DNA from: Macrostomum hystrix
Lineage: Eukaryota; Animalia; Platyhelminthes
DNA length: 64,000 nucleotides
Direction of reading: 5' to 3'
NCBI GenBank assembly: GCA_950097015.1
Contig: CATNEN010000005.1
Coordinates: 3,658,001 to 3,722,000, forward strand
Of the stretch, positions 53,111 to 64,000 are shown piece by piece. Made by a program: the position numbers and the translations under genes. Below the pieces are notes generated by a model, which had not been told where the DNA came from, searched no databases, and saw only the letters and a list, made by a program, of their open reading frames with translations. Numbering within the stretch: position 1 is the stretch's first letter; each line of letters starts with the position of its first letter.

Positions 53111-56100
53111 ATGCTCTCGCCTGTGAATTCTTCTTCTGATAGATTCTATGCGGAACACAGCAATAACAATAGCAGCAACGGCGGTGGCTCATTGGTCATG
53201 AACTCACTATGGACACGCGGTGAGAATTTCTTGGAAATGTGAAAACTGTCATGACGAACTAGACTTCAGCAATGACCGACTCATTTCAGGTTGCTAAATT
53301 TTGAAATTTATCATGATCTTCCAAGATTGTTTGTTTTGAAATTGGTCATAATCCTCCTAGATTGTCAGTTTCGAAATTGGTCATAATTCTCCTACATTGT
53401 TAGATTTGAAATTAGTCATTATCCTCCTAAATTGGTACTTTTGAAACTGGTCAGAATCCCCCTAGATTGTTTGTTTCGAAATTGGTCATAATTCTCCTAG
53501 ACTGTTAGTTTCGAAATCGGTCATAATCCTCATAGATTGTTAGATTTGAAATTGGTCATAGTTCTCATAGATTGTTAGTTTCGAAATTGGTCATAATCCT
53601 CCTAGATTGTTAGTTTTGAAATTGATCATAATTCTCCTAGACTGTTAGTTTCGAAATCGGTCATAATCCTCATAGATTGTTAGTTTTAAAATTGGTCATA
53701 GTTCTCATAGATTGTTAATTTCGAAATTGGTCATAATCCTCCTAGATTGTTAGTTTTGAAATTGGTCATAATTCTCCTAGATTGTTAGTTTTGAAATTGG
53801 TCATAATTCTCCTAGACTGTTAGTTTCGAAATCGGTCATAATCCTCATAGATTGTTAGTTTTGAAATTGGTCATAGTTCTCATAGATTGTTAGATTTGAA
53901 ATTGGTCATAATCCTCCTAGATTGTTAGATTTGAAACTGGTCATAATCCTCCTAGATTGTTAGATTTGAAATTGGTCATAATCCTCATAGAATGTTAGAT
54001 TTGAAATTGGTCATAATCCTCCTAGATTGTTAGATTTGAAATTGGTCATAATCCTCCTAGATTGTTAGATTTGAAATTGGTCATAATCCTCCTAGAATGT
54101 TAGATTTGAAATTGGTCATACTCCTAGATTGTTAGTTTTGAAATTGGTCATAATCCTCATAGATTGTTAGATTTGAAATTGGTCATAATCCTCCTAGATT
54201 GTTAGATTTGAAACTGGTCATAATCCTCCTAGATTGTTTGTTTTGAAATTGGTCATAATTCTCCTAGACTGTTAGTTTCGAAATTGGTCATAATCCTCCT
54301 AGATTGTTAGATTTGAAATTGGTCATTTTTGTCAATCGCATGGTTATTCTAATTCTCAAATGAAGTGTTTCAGAACAGTCACAGTCGCATTGATCATTTT
54401 GTAACGGTCATTTATCTACATAAAGTTTCGGTGGCTTTGTCGTTATAGCTATGAATGGTCAGACAGATAAATAAAATGTGAGTATACAAGGTGCAGCATG
54501 GGCTCCTATCCATTAAGCACTGCTGTTCGTACATCTTACTGTACTCACATTTCTTCATCACCTAGACCCTACTTTGAGTCTACAGTCCTTAAGCTCCTAG
54601 CTAGTCCAATTATACAATTAGAAACGTGCCAGTAGAGATTGACTGTTAAATTATTTAGCAGCTTTTCTGTTCTTAAATTCAGATTTAAACCCCCGCTATT
54701 TTTCTCAAATCCAAAGCGGTGACTCATTCCGCGCCCAAATCCTCAGAGGCTCCTTCGGCTGCGGTCTCCCGGCGAGAGCTTTCGGTCTCGTCGTCGTCTT
54801 CTTCTTCGTCCACGTCGACAATCGCCGTTGCGATTCAGCGGTCAGCTTCGCTACAACAGCTGAGCCATTCAGAGCGATCCGGAGAGCCAGTTCAGCATTA
54901 TCAGCAGCAGCAGCAACGCCAGTCATCATCAGCATATTTGAGTCGTCAATTCACCAGTACATTCACGGCCAATACCAGTGATCTTCTAGAAGATAATACA
55001 GAAATCTTTCTAGTCGAGAATCTGACGAGAGACAGTCGAGCTGAAGAAAGCAGCAGCACTTTGGCTGTCCCGATGACAAAACAGCTGAGAACAAATTCTG
55101 AAGCTGGCCTGAGCTCTCTCCAGGAGCTGCTGAGCAGTGATTTGCTGCTCTGCAAGAAATGCCACCGTCAGGCCGAGAAACCCGTGGTAAGTCTGCTTGT
55201 GGACTTATTAAATCAAGGACAATTTTTTTATTGGGACTTCTAGAATGGATCTTTTATGGACTTCTAGATCTAGAATGGATCTTATATGGACTTCTAGATC
55301 TAGAATGAATCTTATTTGGACTTCTTGATCTAGGATAAATCATATATAGACTTCTAGATCTAGAATGAATATTATATGGACTTCTAGATCTAGAATGAAT
55401 CTTATTTGGACTTCTAGATCTAGGATAAATCTTATATGGACTTCTAGATCTAGGATAAATCTTATATGGACTTCTAGATCTAGAATGAATATTATATGGA
55501 CTTCTAGATCTAGAATGAATATTATATGGACTTCTAGATCTAGAATGAATCTTATTTGGACTTCTAGATCTAGGACAAATCTTATATGGACTTCTAGATC
55601 TAGAATGAATCTTATTTGGACTTCTAGATCTAGGATGAATATTATATGAACTTCTAGATCTAGGATGAATATTATATGGACTTCTAGATCTAGGATGAAT
55701 ATTATATGGACTTCAAGATCTAGCAAGAATATTTTGAAACTTCCAAATCGCTATCTGAACTTCACCGACCGCCTCCCGTCAGTTGCTGCCGTGCCTGGAC
55801 ACAGTCTGTTCCGCCTGCTTAGAGGTCTGCAGCATCGAGGGCGACAATCGCTGCCCTGCCTGCCAGCAGCTGATCGGACAGTCGTCGGGAGCCGGCAGCC
55901 AGGCCCGCGCCAACTGGTTCCTAGCCAGTCTGTGCAGCCTGAAACTCTGCCAGGATGAGGGCAACAAGCAGCTGTGCGACTATTGTCGCTACGAACAAAG
56001 AGAAGAACTGGCTAGCGGACTCTGCATCGACTGCTCCGATTTTCTGTGCGACGCCTGCGGCAGTGCGCATAGCAAAACCAAGATGACCAGGCACCACAAT

Positions 56101-59100
56101 GTCATGAGCTTCGATGTGGGTTCACCAACTGGCTCATTCACCAACTGACTCATTCACCAACTGGCTCATTCACCAACTGACTCATTCACCAACTGACTCA
56201 TTCACCAACTGGCTCATTCACCAACTGGCTCATTCACCAACTGACTCATTCACCAACTAGCTCATTCACCAACTGACTCATTCACCAACTAGCTCATTCA
56301 CCAACTAGCTCATTCACCAACTAGCTCATTCACCAACTGGCTCATTCACCAACTGACTCATTCACCAACTGGCTCATTCACCAACTGGCTCATTCACCAA
56401 CTGGCTCATTCACCAACTGGCTCATTCACCAACTAGCTCATTCACCAACTAGCTCATTCACCAACTAGCTCATTCACCAACTGGCTCATTCACCAACTGA
56501 CTCATTCACCAACTGGCTCATTCACCAACTGGCTCATTCACCAACTGGCTCATTCACCAACTAGCTCATTCACCAACTAGCTCATTCAACAAATGACTCA
56601 TTCACCAACTGGCTCATTCACCAACTAACACATTCACCAACTGGCTCATTCACCAACTAGCTCATTCACCAACTGACTCATTCACCAACTAGCTCATTCA
56701 CCAACTGACTCATTCACCAACTAGCTCATTCACCAACTGACTCATTCACCAACTGACTCATTCACCAACTGGCTCATTCACCAACTGACTCATTCACCAA
56801 CTAGCTCATTCACCAACTGGCTCATTCACCAACTAGCTCATTCACCAACTAGCTCATTCACCAACTGACTCATTCACCAACTGGCTCATTCACCAACTAA
56901 CACATTCACCAACTGGCTCATTCACCAACTAGCTCATTCACCAACTGACTCATTCACCAACTAGCTCATTCACCAACTGACTCATTCACCAACTGGCTCA
57001 TTCACCAACTAGCTCATTCACCAACTGACTCATTCACCAACTGACTCATTCACCAACTGACTCATTCACCAACTGACTCATTCACCAACTGACTCATTCA
57101 CCAACTGGCTCATTCACCAACTGACTCATTCACCAACTGGCTCATTCACCAACTAGCTCATTCACCAACTGGCTCATTCACCAACTGACTCATTCACCAA
57201 CTGGCTCATTCACCAACTGACTCATTCACCAACTGGCTCATTCACCAACTAGCTCATTCACCAACTGACTCAATCACTAACTGTCTCATTGGTTCACTTA
57301 CAGAATTCACTGAACTCCAACCGATTCACACCATCTGCAGAAAATGGCAGCTGACCAAAGTTTGGATCTGATTCGCCAGCACCAGACATTTGAATGTCTC
57401 GACCATCCTGGCGAGAAGGTTGTCCGTTTCTGTGTCACCTGCGACCGTCTGATCTGCCGCGAATGTCGCGACAAAGGCGGCGACAAGCACGCCAAGCACC
57501 AGCTGTTCGGTGTTGACGAATTCGGTTCGAAAACTCGCGACTCGCTGATGGGCATGATTGACAATGTCAGGGCCAAGGTGCCAAGGCTCGCTGAGTACGG
57601 CCAGTTTCTGAGCGAGTACAGACTGTCGGTGGATCAGGCTAGGATGAGGGTTTCCGGAGATATCAATGAGCAGGCCGAACTGCTGCACAAGTAAACACTT
57701 TTTCCTCATTTTTTCTTCAATAACGCAGTTGAGATTGGATAGTGTAGGAAATGCAATTAGAAAGGGTAGGAAATGGGATTAGAAATTGTAGGACATTGGA
57801 TTAGAGAGTTTAGGAGATGGGATTAGAGAGTTTAGGAGATAGGATTAGAAAGTGTAGGAAATGGGATTAGAGAGTTTAGGAGATAGGATTAGAAAGTGTA
57901 GGAAATGGGATTAGAGAGTTTAAGAGATGGGATTAGAGAGTTTAGGAGATGGGATGAGAGAGTTTAGGAGATAGGATTAGAAAGTGTAGGAAATGGGATT
58001 AGAGAGTTTAGGAGATAGGATTAGAAAGTGTAGGAAATGGGATTAGAGAGTTTAGGAGATAGGATTAGAAAGTGTAGGAAATGGGATTAGAGAGTTTAGG
58101 AGATAGGATTAGAAAGTGTAGGAAATGGGATTAGAGAGTTTAAGAGATGGGATTAGAGAGTTTAAGAGATGGGATTAGAGAGTTTAGGAGAAGGGATTAG
58201 AGAGTTTAGGAGATGGGATTAGAGAGTTCAGGAGATGGGATTAGAGAGTTCAGGAGATGGGATTAGAGAGTTTAGGAGATGGGATTAGAGAGTTTAAGAG
58301 ATGGGATTAGAGAGTTTAAGAGATGGGATTAGAGAGTTTAGGAGAAGGGATTAGAGAGTTCAGGAGATGGGATTAGAGAGTTTAGGAGATGGGATTAGAG
58401 AGTTTAAGAGATGGGATTAGAGAGTTTAGGAGATGGGATTAGAGAGTTTAAGAGATGGGATTAGAGAGTTTAGGAGATGGGATTAGAGAGTTTAAGAGAT
58501 GGATTAGAGAGTTTAGGAGATGGGATTAGAGAGTTTAGGAGAAGGGATTAGAGAGTTTAGGAGATGGGATTAGAGAGTTTAGGAGATGGGATTAGAGAGT
58601 TTAGGAGATGGGATTAGAGAGTTTAGGAGAAGGGAATAGGAAGTGTGGGACCTGCGATAAAGATTTGATAGATAGGGAGATGCAGTCCCACTAGAATTTC
58701 CCAATCAACCACGACAGTCATCACTGTGAACGTCATCAATTCCAGGATCGTGGATGAGTGCCGCGACGCCCTTCAGCGCCAGTTGAACGAAGCCGCCGTC
58801 AAAGAGATAAACGAAGTCAGTCGCAAAGAGGAGAAAATTAGCGACATCAAGGCCAGCATCTTGAGCGGCTGCGTGTTCTCCGACGCTCTTGTCAGCCATG
58901 GAAGGTGAAGAATGCCGTGAGGGACAGTGGGAATGAGTGGGAGAGTGTGGGAGAGTGTGGGAGAGAGTGGGAGAGAGTGGGAGAGTGTGGGAGAGTGTAG
59001 GAGAGTGTGGGATAGAGTGGGAGAGAGTAGGAGAGTGTGGGAGAGAGTGGGAGAGAGTGAGAGAGTGTGGGAGAGTGTGGGAGAGTGTGGGAGAGTGTGG

Positions 59101-62100
59101 GAGAGTGTGGGTGGGTGTGGGAGAGAGTGGGAGAGAGTGTGAGAGTGTGGGAGAGAGTGGGAGAGAGTGTGAGAGAGTGGGAGAGAGTGTGAGAGTGTGG
59201 GAGAGAGTGGGAGAGTGTGGGAGAGAGTGTGAGAGTGTGGGAGAGAGTGGGAGAGTGTGGGAGAGTGTGGGAGAGTGTGGGAGAGTGTGGGAGAGTGTGG
59301 GAGAGTGTGGGAGAGTGTGGGAGAGAGTGAGAGAGTGTGGGAGAGAGTGGGAGAGAGTGCAGGACGGTGTGGGACAGTTTAGGAGAGAGTGGGATAATTG
59401 TGAGTTTATTTAATCAAAAGTATAGCCGCTGATAACTGCAAAATCAGTCCATTAAAAGCGAATCGATGAATAAAACTCCAGAGACGAAGAAGTACTGTGG
59501 CTTCACTCGCTGCTGAAGGACCGAATGTCCCAGTTTATCTTCCTACAAGTTGAAGGCATATCTGGTTAGTTTATTTAAATTTGAAAGCTTCAATACTTTT
59601 ATTTCTACTGAAACCAGTAGTGCAGATTGAGTAAATCAATCTTTATATATTAAAAATGATTCAGGCAAACTTTCCGCCGTATTCAATGCCGGAATCTCGC
59701 CCGAGAGGTCACTGCCGATTCTGTTTGGCAAGCTGAACCTAGCTCACCTTCCACTGGGCAGCGGTGCCAACAGCTCGCTCGCAATTTCACCGACGTCTAC
59801 TCAGCAACAGCATTATCAAGTTGCTGACGCCGCTACTTCGGGACCTTCAAAAGCTGGCGGCGGCATATTTTCGCCGAACGTCACGGCGGTGGTCAGATTG
59901 TCCAGCTTGCATCAGCAGCAGCCGCCTATTGGTTCTGTTACCATGGCAACGCCCCTGACTCCATCTCTGCTGCCACACGGAGTTCGTCCGTTGACGGAGC
60001 CGGCCGTGCTGCTGTCACGGCCGCAGCTGGTGCTGGAGTTCGAGGCCAAATCGCCACTGGATACTCGGTGAGGATTGGGATATTTTGTGGGTTCAGATTC
60101 GGAAGATTACTGGAAGGGGAGAGGTATAGAATAAGAATTGGGATTAGGATTAGAGTTGAGTTTATGACTTGGATATAATCGTAATTGAAATCGAGATTAC
60201 GATTGGGATTGTGATGGAGATTAGGATTAGGATAAGGATTTGGGATTAGGATCGGGATTGGTATTGAGATTAGGATTGGGATCGGGATTGGTATTGAGAT
60301 TAGGATAAGGATTGGGATTGGGATTGTGATTGGTATCGGGATTGGTATTGAGATTAGAATTGGGATTGGGATTGGGATTGTGATTTGGATCGTGATTGTT
60401 ATTGAGATTAGGATTGGGATCGGGATTGTTAATGAGATTAGGATTGGGATCGGGATTGTTAATGAGATTAGGATTGGCATCGGGATTGGTATTGAGATTA
60501 GGATTGGGATCGGGATTGTTAATGAGATTAGGATTGGCATCGGGATTGGTATTGAGATTAGGATTGGGATCGGGATTGTTATTGAGATTAGGATTGGGAT
60601 CGGGATTGTTAATGAGATTAGGATTGGGATCGGGATTGTTAATGAGATTAGGATTGGGATCGGGATTGTTAATGAGATTAGGATTGAGATCGGGATAGGT
60701 ATTGAGATTAGGATTGGGATTGGGATTGGGATTGTGATTGGGATCGGGATTGGTATTGAGATTAGGATTGGGATCGGGATTGGTATTGAGATTAGGATTG
60801 GGATCGGGATTGGTATTGAGATTAGGATTGGGATTGGTATTGAGATTAGGATTGGGATCGGGATTGTTAATGAGATTAGGATTGGGATCGGGATTGGTAT
60901 TGAGATTAGGATTGGGATTGGCATTGTGATTGGCATCCGGATTGGTATTGAGATTAGAATTGGGATTGGGATTGTGATTGGGATCGGGATTGATATTGAG
61001 ATTAGGATTGGGATCGGGATTGGTATTGAGATTAGGATTGGGATCGTGATTGGTATTGAGATTAGGATTGGAATTGGGATTGGGATTAGGATTGAGATTG
61101 GTATTTGGTTTGGGTTTGAGATTGATATTTGGATTGGGATTAGGATTCAGAATGGGGTTGAGATTAAAATTGCGTTGTGATCGGGATTGGGTTTGGGTTT
61201 GGGATTAGGATTAGGACTGGGATTGAGATTTGTGTTCATTAAATAATCTAGGTTTCATTTCAATCAAGATTTAGATTGAGTTAGGGATTATTTAGAGACT
61301 GAAGTCATCAGATGGCCAGGAAGGCTCATTTAGAAGAGATTTATCGTACTCATAGAATTTTGATCTCTAATCCCGCCCAATCGCAGGGACATTTGGCCCA
61401 CTGGAATTGCCATCAGTGCCACCACCGGTGACTACTTCATTCTGGACCGCGACAACAAGTGCGTGAAATCCTTCGACCGCAAGGGCCGCTACCGCATGGA
61501 GTTCGGCTGCCCCGGCAGCGGAGACGGCGCTCTGTCGAGTCCCTACGATCTGGCCATCCTAGAGGAGCGCCTAATCCTTGTCACGGATTATCAACACGAA
61601 GCCATCAAAGCCTACACGATGCAGGGCAAATACCTCACCACTTACCGAGGTCCCTTCAAGCATCCCAGAGGCATAGCAGCCATGCGAGGTCGCCAGTTTG
61701 TTGTGGCCGACTGCAGAATGCGTCAGCTAACGATGCACGACGCCGACTCCGGGAATCTGGTCCGAACAGTGCGATCCGAGGGCCTGTTCACTGATCCCTA
61801 CTATGTCACCGTCACCCACGATGACGTCATAGTAGTGACCGACTGGGCCGAGCCCAATTTGAAGCTATTCGATTTAGAGGTTTGTTTAATGATGCTCTAC
61901 CTGCTGAATACTGTCAGTGGACCGATTAGAAGAGTCAGTGGACACGATGAAAGAGTCAGTGGACAGTTTGGAAGAGTCAGTGGACAGCTAGGTTGGAAGA
62001 TTCAGTGGACAGGTTGGAAGAGTCAGCGGACAGATCGGTAATGTCTGTGGACATAATGATTCTGTCAGTGGACTGGTTTTGAATAGTAAAATGACAATAA

Positions 62101-62490
62101 ATTTAATTTAGTGGACAGATTGGAGCAGTCAGTGGACATGTTGGGACTGTCAGTGGACAGGTCGGGGGCGTCTTTTCGATTGCAAGGCCAACAAACCCCA
62201 CTCCTTGAACTGAGCAGGGCAATTTGATTGGCCAAGCCGGTAGTCATGGCAACGGCACAGACCAGGTGCTGCAACCCTACGGCGTCACCAGTGACACCAG
62301 CGGGCAGGTGATGGTGGCAGACAACAGCAATCACCGAATTCACCTGCTTGGCAGCGATGGTCGGTTTGCAAAATTTGTAGTCAGCAAATTCGACGGCCTC
62401 TGGCACCCGATGGCGCTGGCGATAACGCCTGAAGGATTCCTGGCCGTGACGGAAGCACTTGGCAAAGTCAAGGTTTTCAAGTACATGTGA
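53111..62490 (+). CDS. TRIM-NHL protein (RING, two B-boxes, coiled coil, six NHL repeats): probable exons 53111-53219, 54717-55186, 55783-56115, 57341-57690, 58746-58904, 59482-59564, 59665-60067, 61387-61879, 62218-62490
   Basis: RING LLCKKC...PV|LLPCLDTVCSAC...CPAC; B-box1 CDYC...CIDCSDFLCDAC..AH; B-box2 CLDHPGE...FCVTCDRLICREC...H..H; coiled coil LLHK|IVDECRDALQRQL; NHL blades (PTGIAIS, PYDLAI, PRGIAA, PYYVTV, PYGVTSD..GQVMVAD, PMALAIT). Phases were checked by hand. The first exon and its acceptor are less certain. Confidence 0.88.
53330..54325. repeat. 35-bp minisatellite (TTGAAATTGGTCATAATCCTCCTAGATTGTTAGAT), TRIM intron 1
   Basis: Direct reading. Confidence 0.95.
55235..55715. repeat. 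30-bp minisatellite containing the 12-bp palindrome TCTAGATCTAGA, TRIM intron 2
   Basis: TATATGGACTTCTAGATCTAGAATGAATAT units. Confidence 0.96.
56120..57285. repeat. 16-bp minisatellite (CCAACTG[A/G]CTCATTCA), TRIM intron 3
   Basis: Direct reading. Begins within ~6 bp of the GTGGGT donor. Confidence 0.98.
57740..58640. repeat. 22-bp purine-rich minisatellite (GATTAGAGAGTTTAGGAGATGG), TRIM intron 4
   Basis: Direct reading. Confidence 0.96.
58925..59395. repeat. 10-bp G-rich repeat (GGGAGAGTGT), TRIM intron 5
   Basis: Direct reading. Confidence 0.96.
60075..61230. repeat. GGGATT-based repeat with 30-bp higher unit (ATTGAGATTAGGATTGGGATCGGGATTGGT), TRIM intron 7
   Basis: Direct reading. Confidence 0.95.
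61910..62160. repeat. Degenerate ~20-bp repeat (AGTCAGTGGACAG core), TRIM intron 8
   Basis: Direct reading. Confidence 0.8.
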
Positions 62491-62829
62491 CTGAACTGAT
62501 GCGGGATGTTTGAGCACAATTGCGATCCTAAGTTTGTTTCTTAGAAATTGAATTTCTGGTACAAGTTTTCTAGCTGAATCACGCTTGCATATCGATTCTT
62601 TAATTAATTTTTTGTTTTCTTAATTATTCAAGAAAAAAATGTCAAAAATTATTCACATTCGCTATTGCTACGTTTAAAAGTAATAAGTAAATATTATTAG
62701 AACAGCAACGATTTAGTTGAATTTTTGCTAATAGCAAAATATGCAGCAAAAAATATTTGAATAAATGATCTAATAGTGGTTCGAAATTTTTCATGTCTCT
62801 TTTTAGCTATATTTAGTTTTTGGCCTGGA

Positions 62830-63490
62830 AGAATCGCAAGATTCCTAGAATCGCAAGATTCCTGGAATCGCAAGATTCCTAGAATCGCAAGATTCCTAGA
62901 ATCGCAAGATTCCTAGAATCGCAAGATTCCTAGAATCGCAAGATTCCTAGAATCGCAAGATTCCTAGAATCGCAAGATTCCTAGAATCGCAAGATTCCTA
63001 GAATCGCAAGTTTCCTAGAATCGCAAGATTCCTAGAATCGCAAGATTCCTAGAATCGCAAGATTCCTAGAATCGCAAGATTCCTAGAATCGCAAGATTCC
63101 TAGAATCGCAAGATTCCTAGAATCGCAAGATTCCTAGAATCTATTCCTAGAACCTATTCCTAGATTCCTAGAATCGCAAGATTCCTAGAATCGCAAGATT
63201 CCTAGAATCTATTCCTAGAACCTATTCCTAGATTCCTAGAATCGTAAGTTTCCTAGAATCGTAAGTTTCCTAGAATCGCAAGTTTCCTAGAATCGTAAGT
63301 TTCCTATAATCTATTCCTAGAACCTATTCCTAGATTCCTAGAATCGTAAGTTTCCTAGAATCGTAAGTTTCCTAGAATCGTTAGTTTCCTAGAATCGCAA
63401 GATTCCTAGAATCGCAAGTTTCCTAGAATCGCAAGTTTCCTAGAATCGCAAGTTTCCTAGAATCTATTCCTAGAACCTATTCCTATATTC
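62830..63490. repeat. 17-bp minisatellite of self-complementary units (AGAATCGCAAGATTCCT), downstream of TRIM-NHL
   Basis: Direct reading. GAATC/GATTC flank GCAA. Confidence 0.97.
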
Positions 63491-64000
63491 CTAGAGTAGG
63501 CACATGAATTCTTTCAAAATCGGCTCATTTAAGTAAAATAAAATAAAATGTAAAGGGTGTTTAAAGCTTTAGCACATATTCATATGCATAATTTCTTTGA
63601 GATTAATTTCACTCGTAAAAGATTAGGATTTAAAAATTTTATTATTATAGTAAAAAGGTAATTTAAATGTCTTAAGAATAATGTAACTTTAACTTATCGC
63701 TGAAAAAAATCAAAAAATTTATAGATTAAAATTTAAACAAAATTTAGACGGTACACCAAAGTTGAGTTTTAAATGAAAAATGTGAAATAATGAGAGATTA
63801 TAATACATGAGATTGCACAACAGACCTATAAAACAGTCACTAGAAGATAGGGCATTGATCTTGTGTAAAATAATTATTTTTTTAGAAAACGATTCAAATT
63901 TAGCTAAGCAGACTAGATCTAACACTAGAACGTGGAAAATAGTGATTTTTTAATAAAAGGAATTAATAAAAAGTGGAATGTTTAATATATTTGCTTTCTG

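Noticed and set aside
59938-61180. IPIPIL / IGIGIEIR ORFs (also 55340-55726 and 58927-59413)
   Set aside because: Translations of intronic repeats inside the TRIM-NHL gene.
8157-62517. Many overlapping or antisense ORFs over real exons (e.g. 8216-8536, 11545-12030, 57326-57709, 62065-62517)
   Set aside because: Shadow frames of GC-rich coding exons with no independent motifs.

Overview
Eukaryotic (animal) genomic DNA with spliced genes. GC-rich exons, minisatellite-filled introns and acceptor-like AGs just upstream of start codons resemble the flatworm Macrostomum (inference only). About 20 kb is a purine-rich 46-bp satellite in two co-oriented arrays (1-7712, 15466-27818). These bracket a 7.75-kb island holding the first two exons of ODAD3/CCDC151 (minus), an intronless secreted IL-17-like cystine-knot gene, and two divergent Crypton/DUF3504-type tyrosine-recombinase N-terminal fragments with palindromic and direct repeats. 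To the right are a decayed RTE-like LINE and three co-oriented multi-exon genes: DDX56, SNX13 and a RING/B-box/coiled-coil/NHL (TRIM-NHL) gene. By my count 17 of 23 introns carry their own tandem repeat. DDX56 intron 1 holds a MITE and an internally deleted mariner. tRNA-derived SINEs occur in several introns. The giant ORFs in the ORF track are repeat artefacts. No CRISPR array, rRNA or intact tRNA was seen. Gene identities come from recalled motif similarity and manual splice-phase checks, not database searches.
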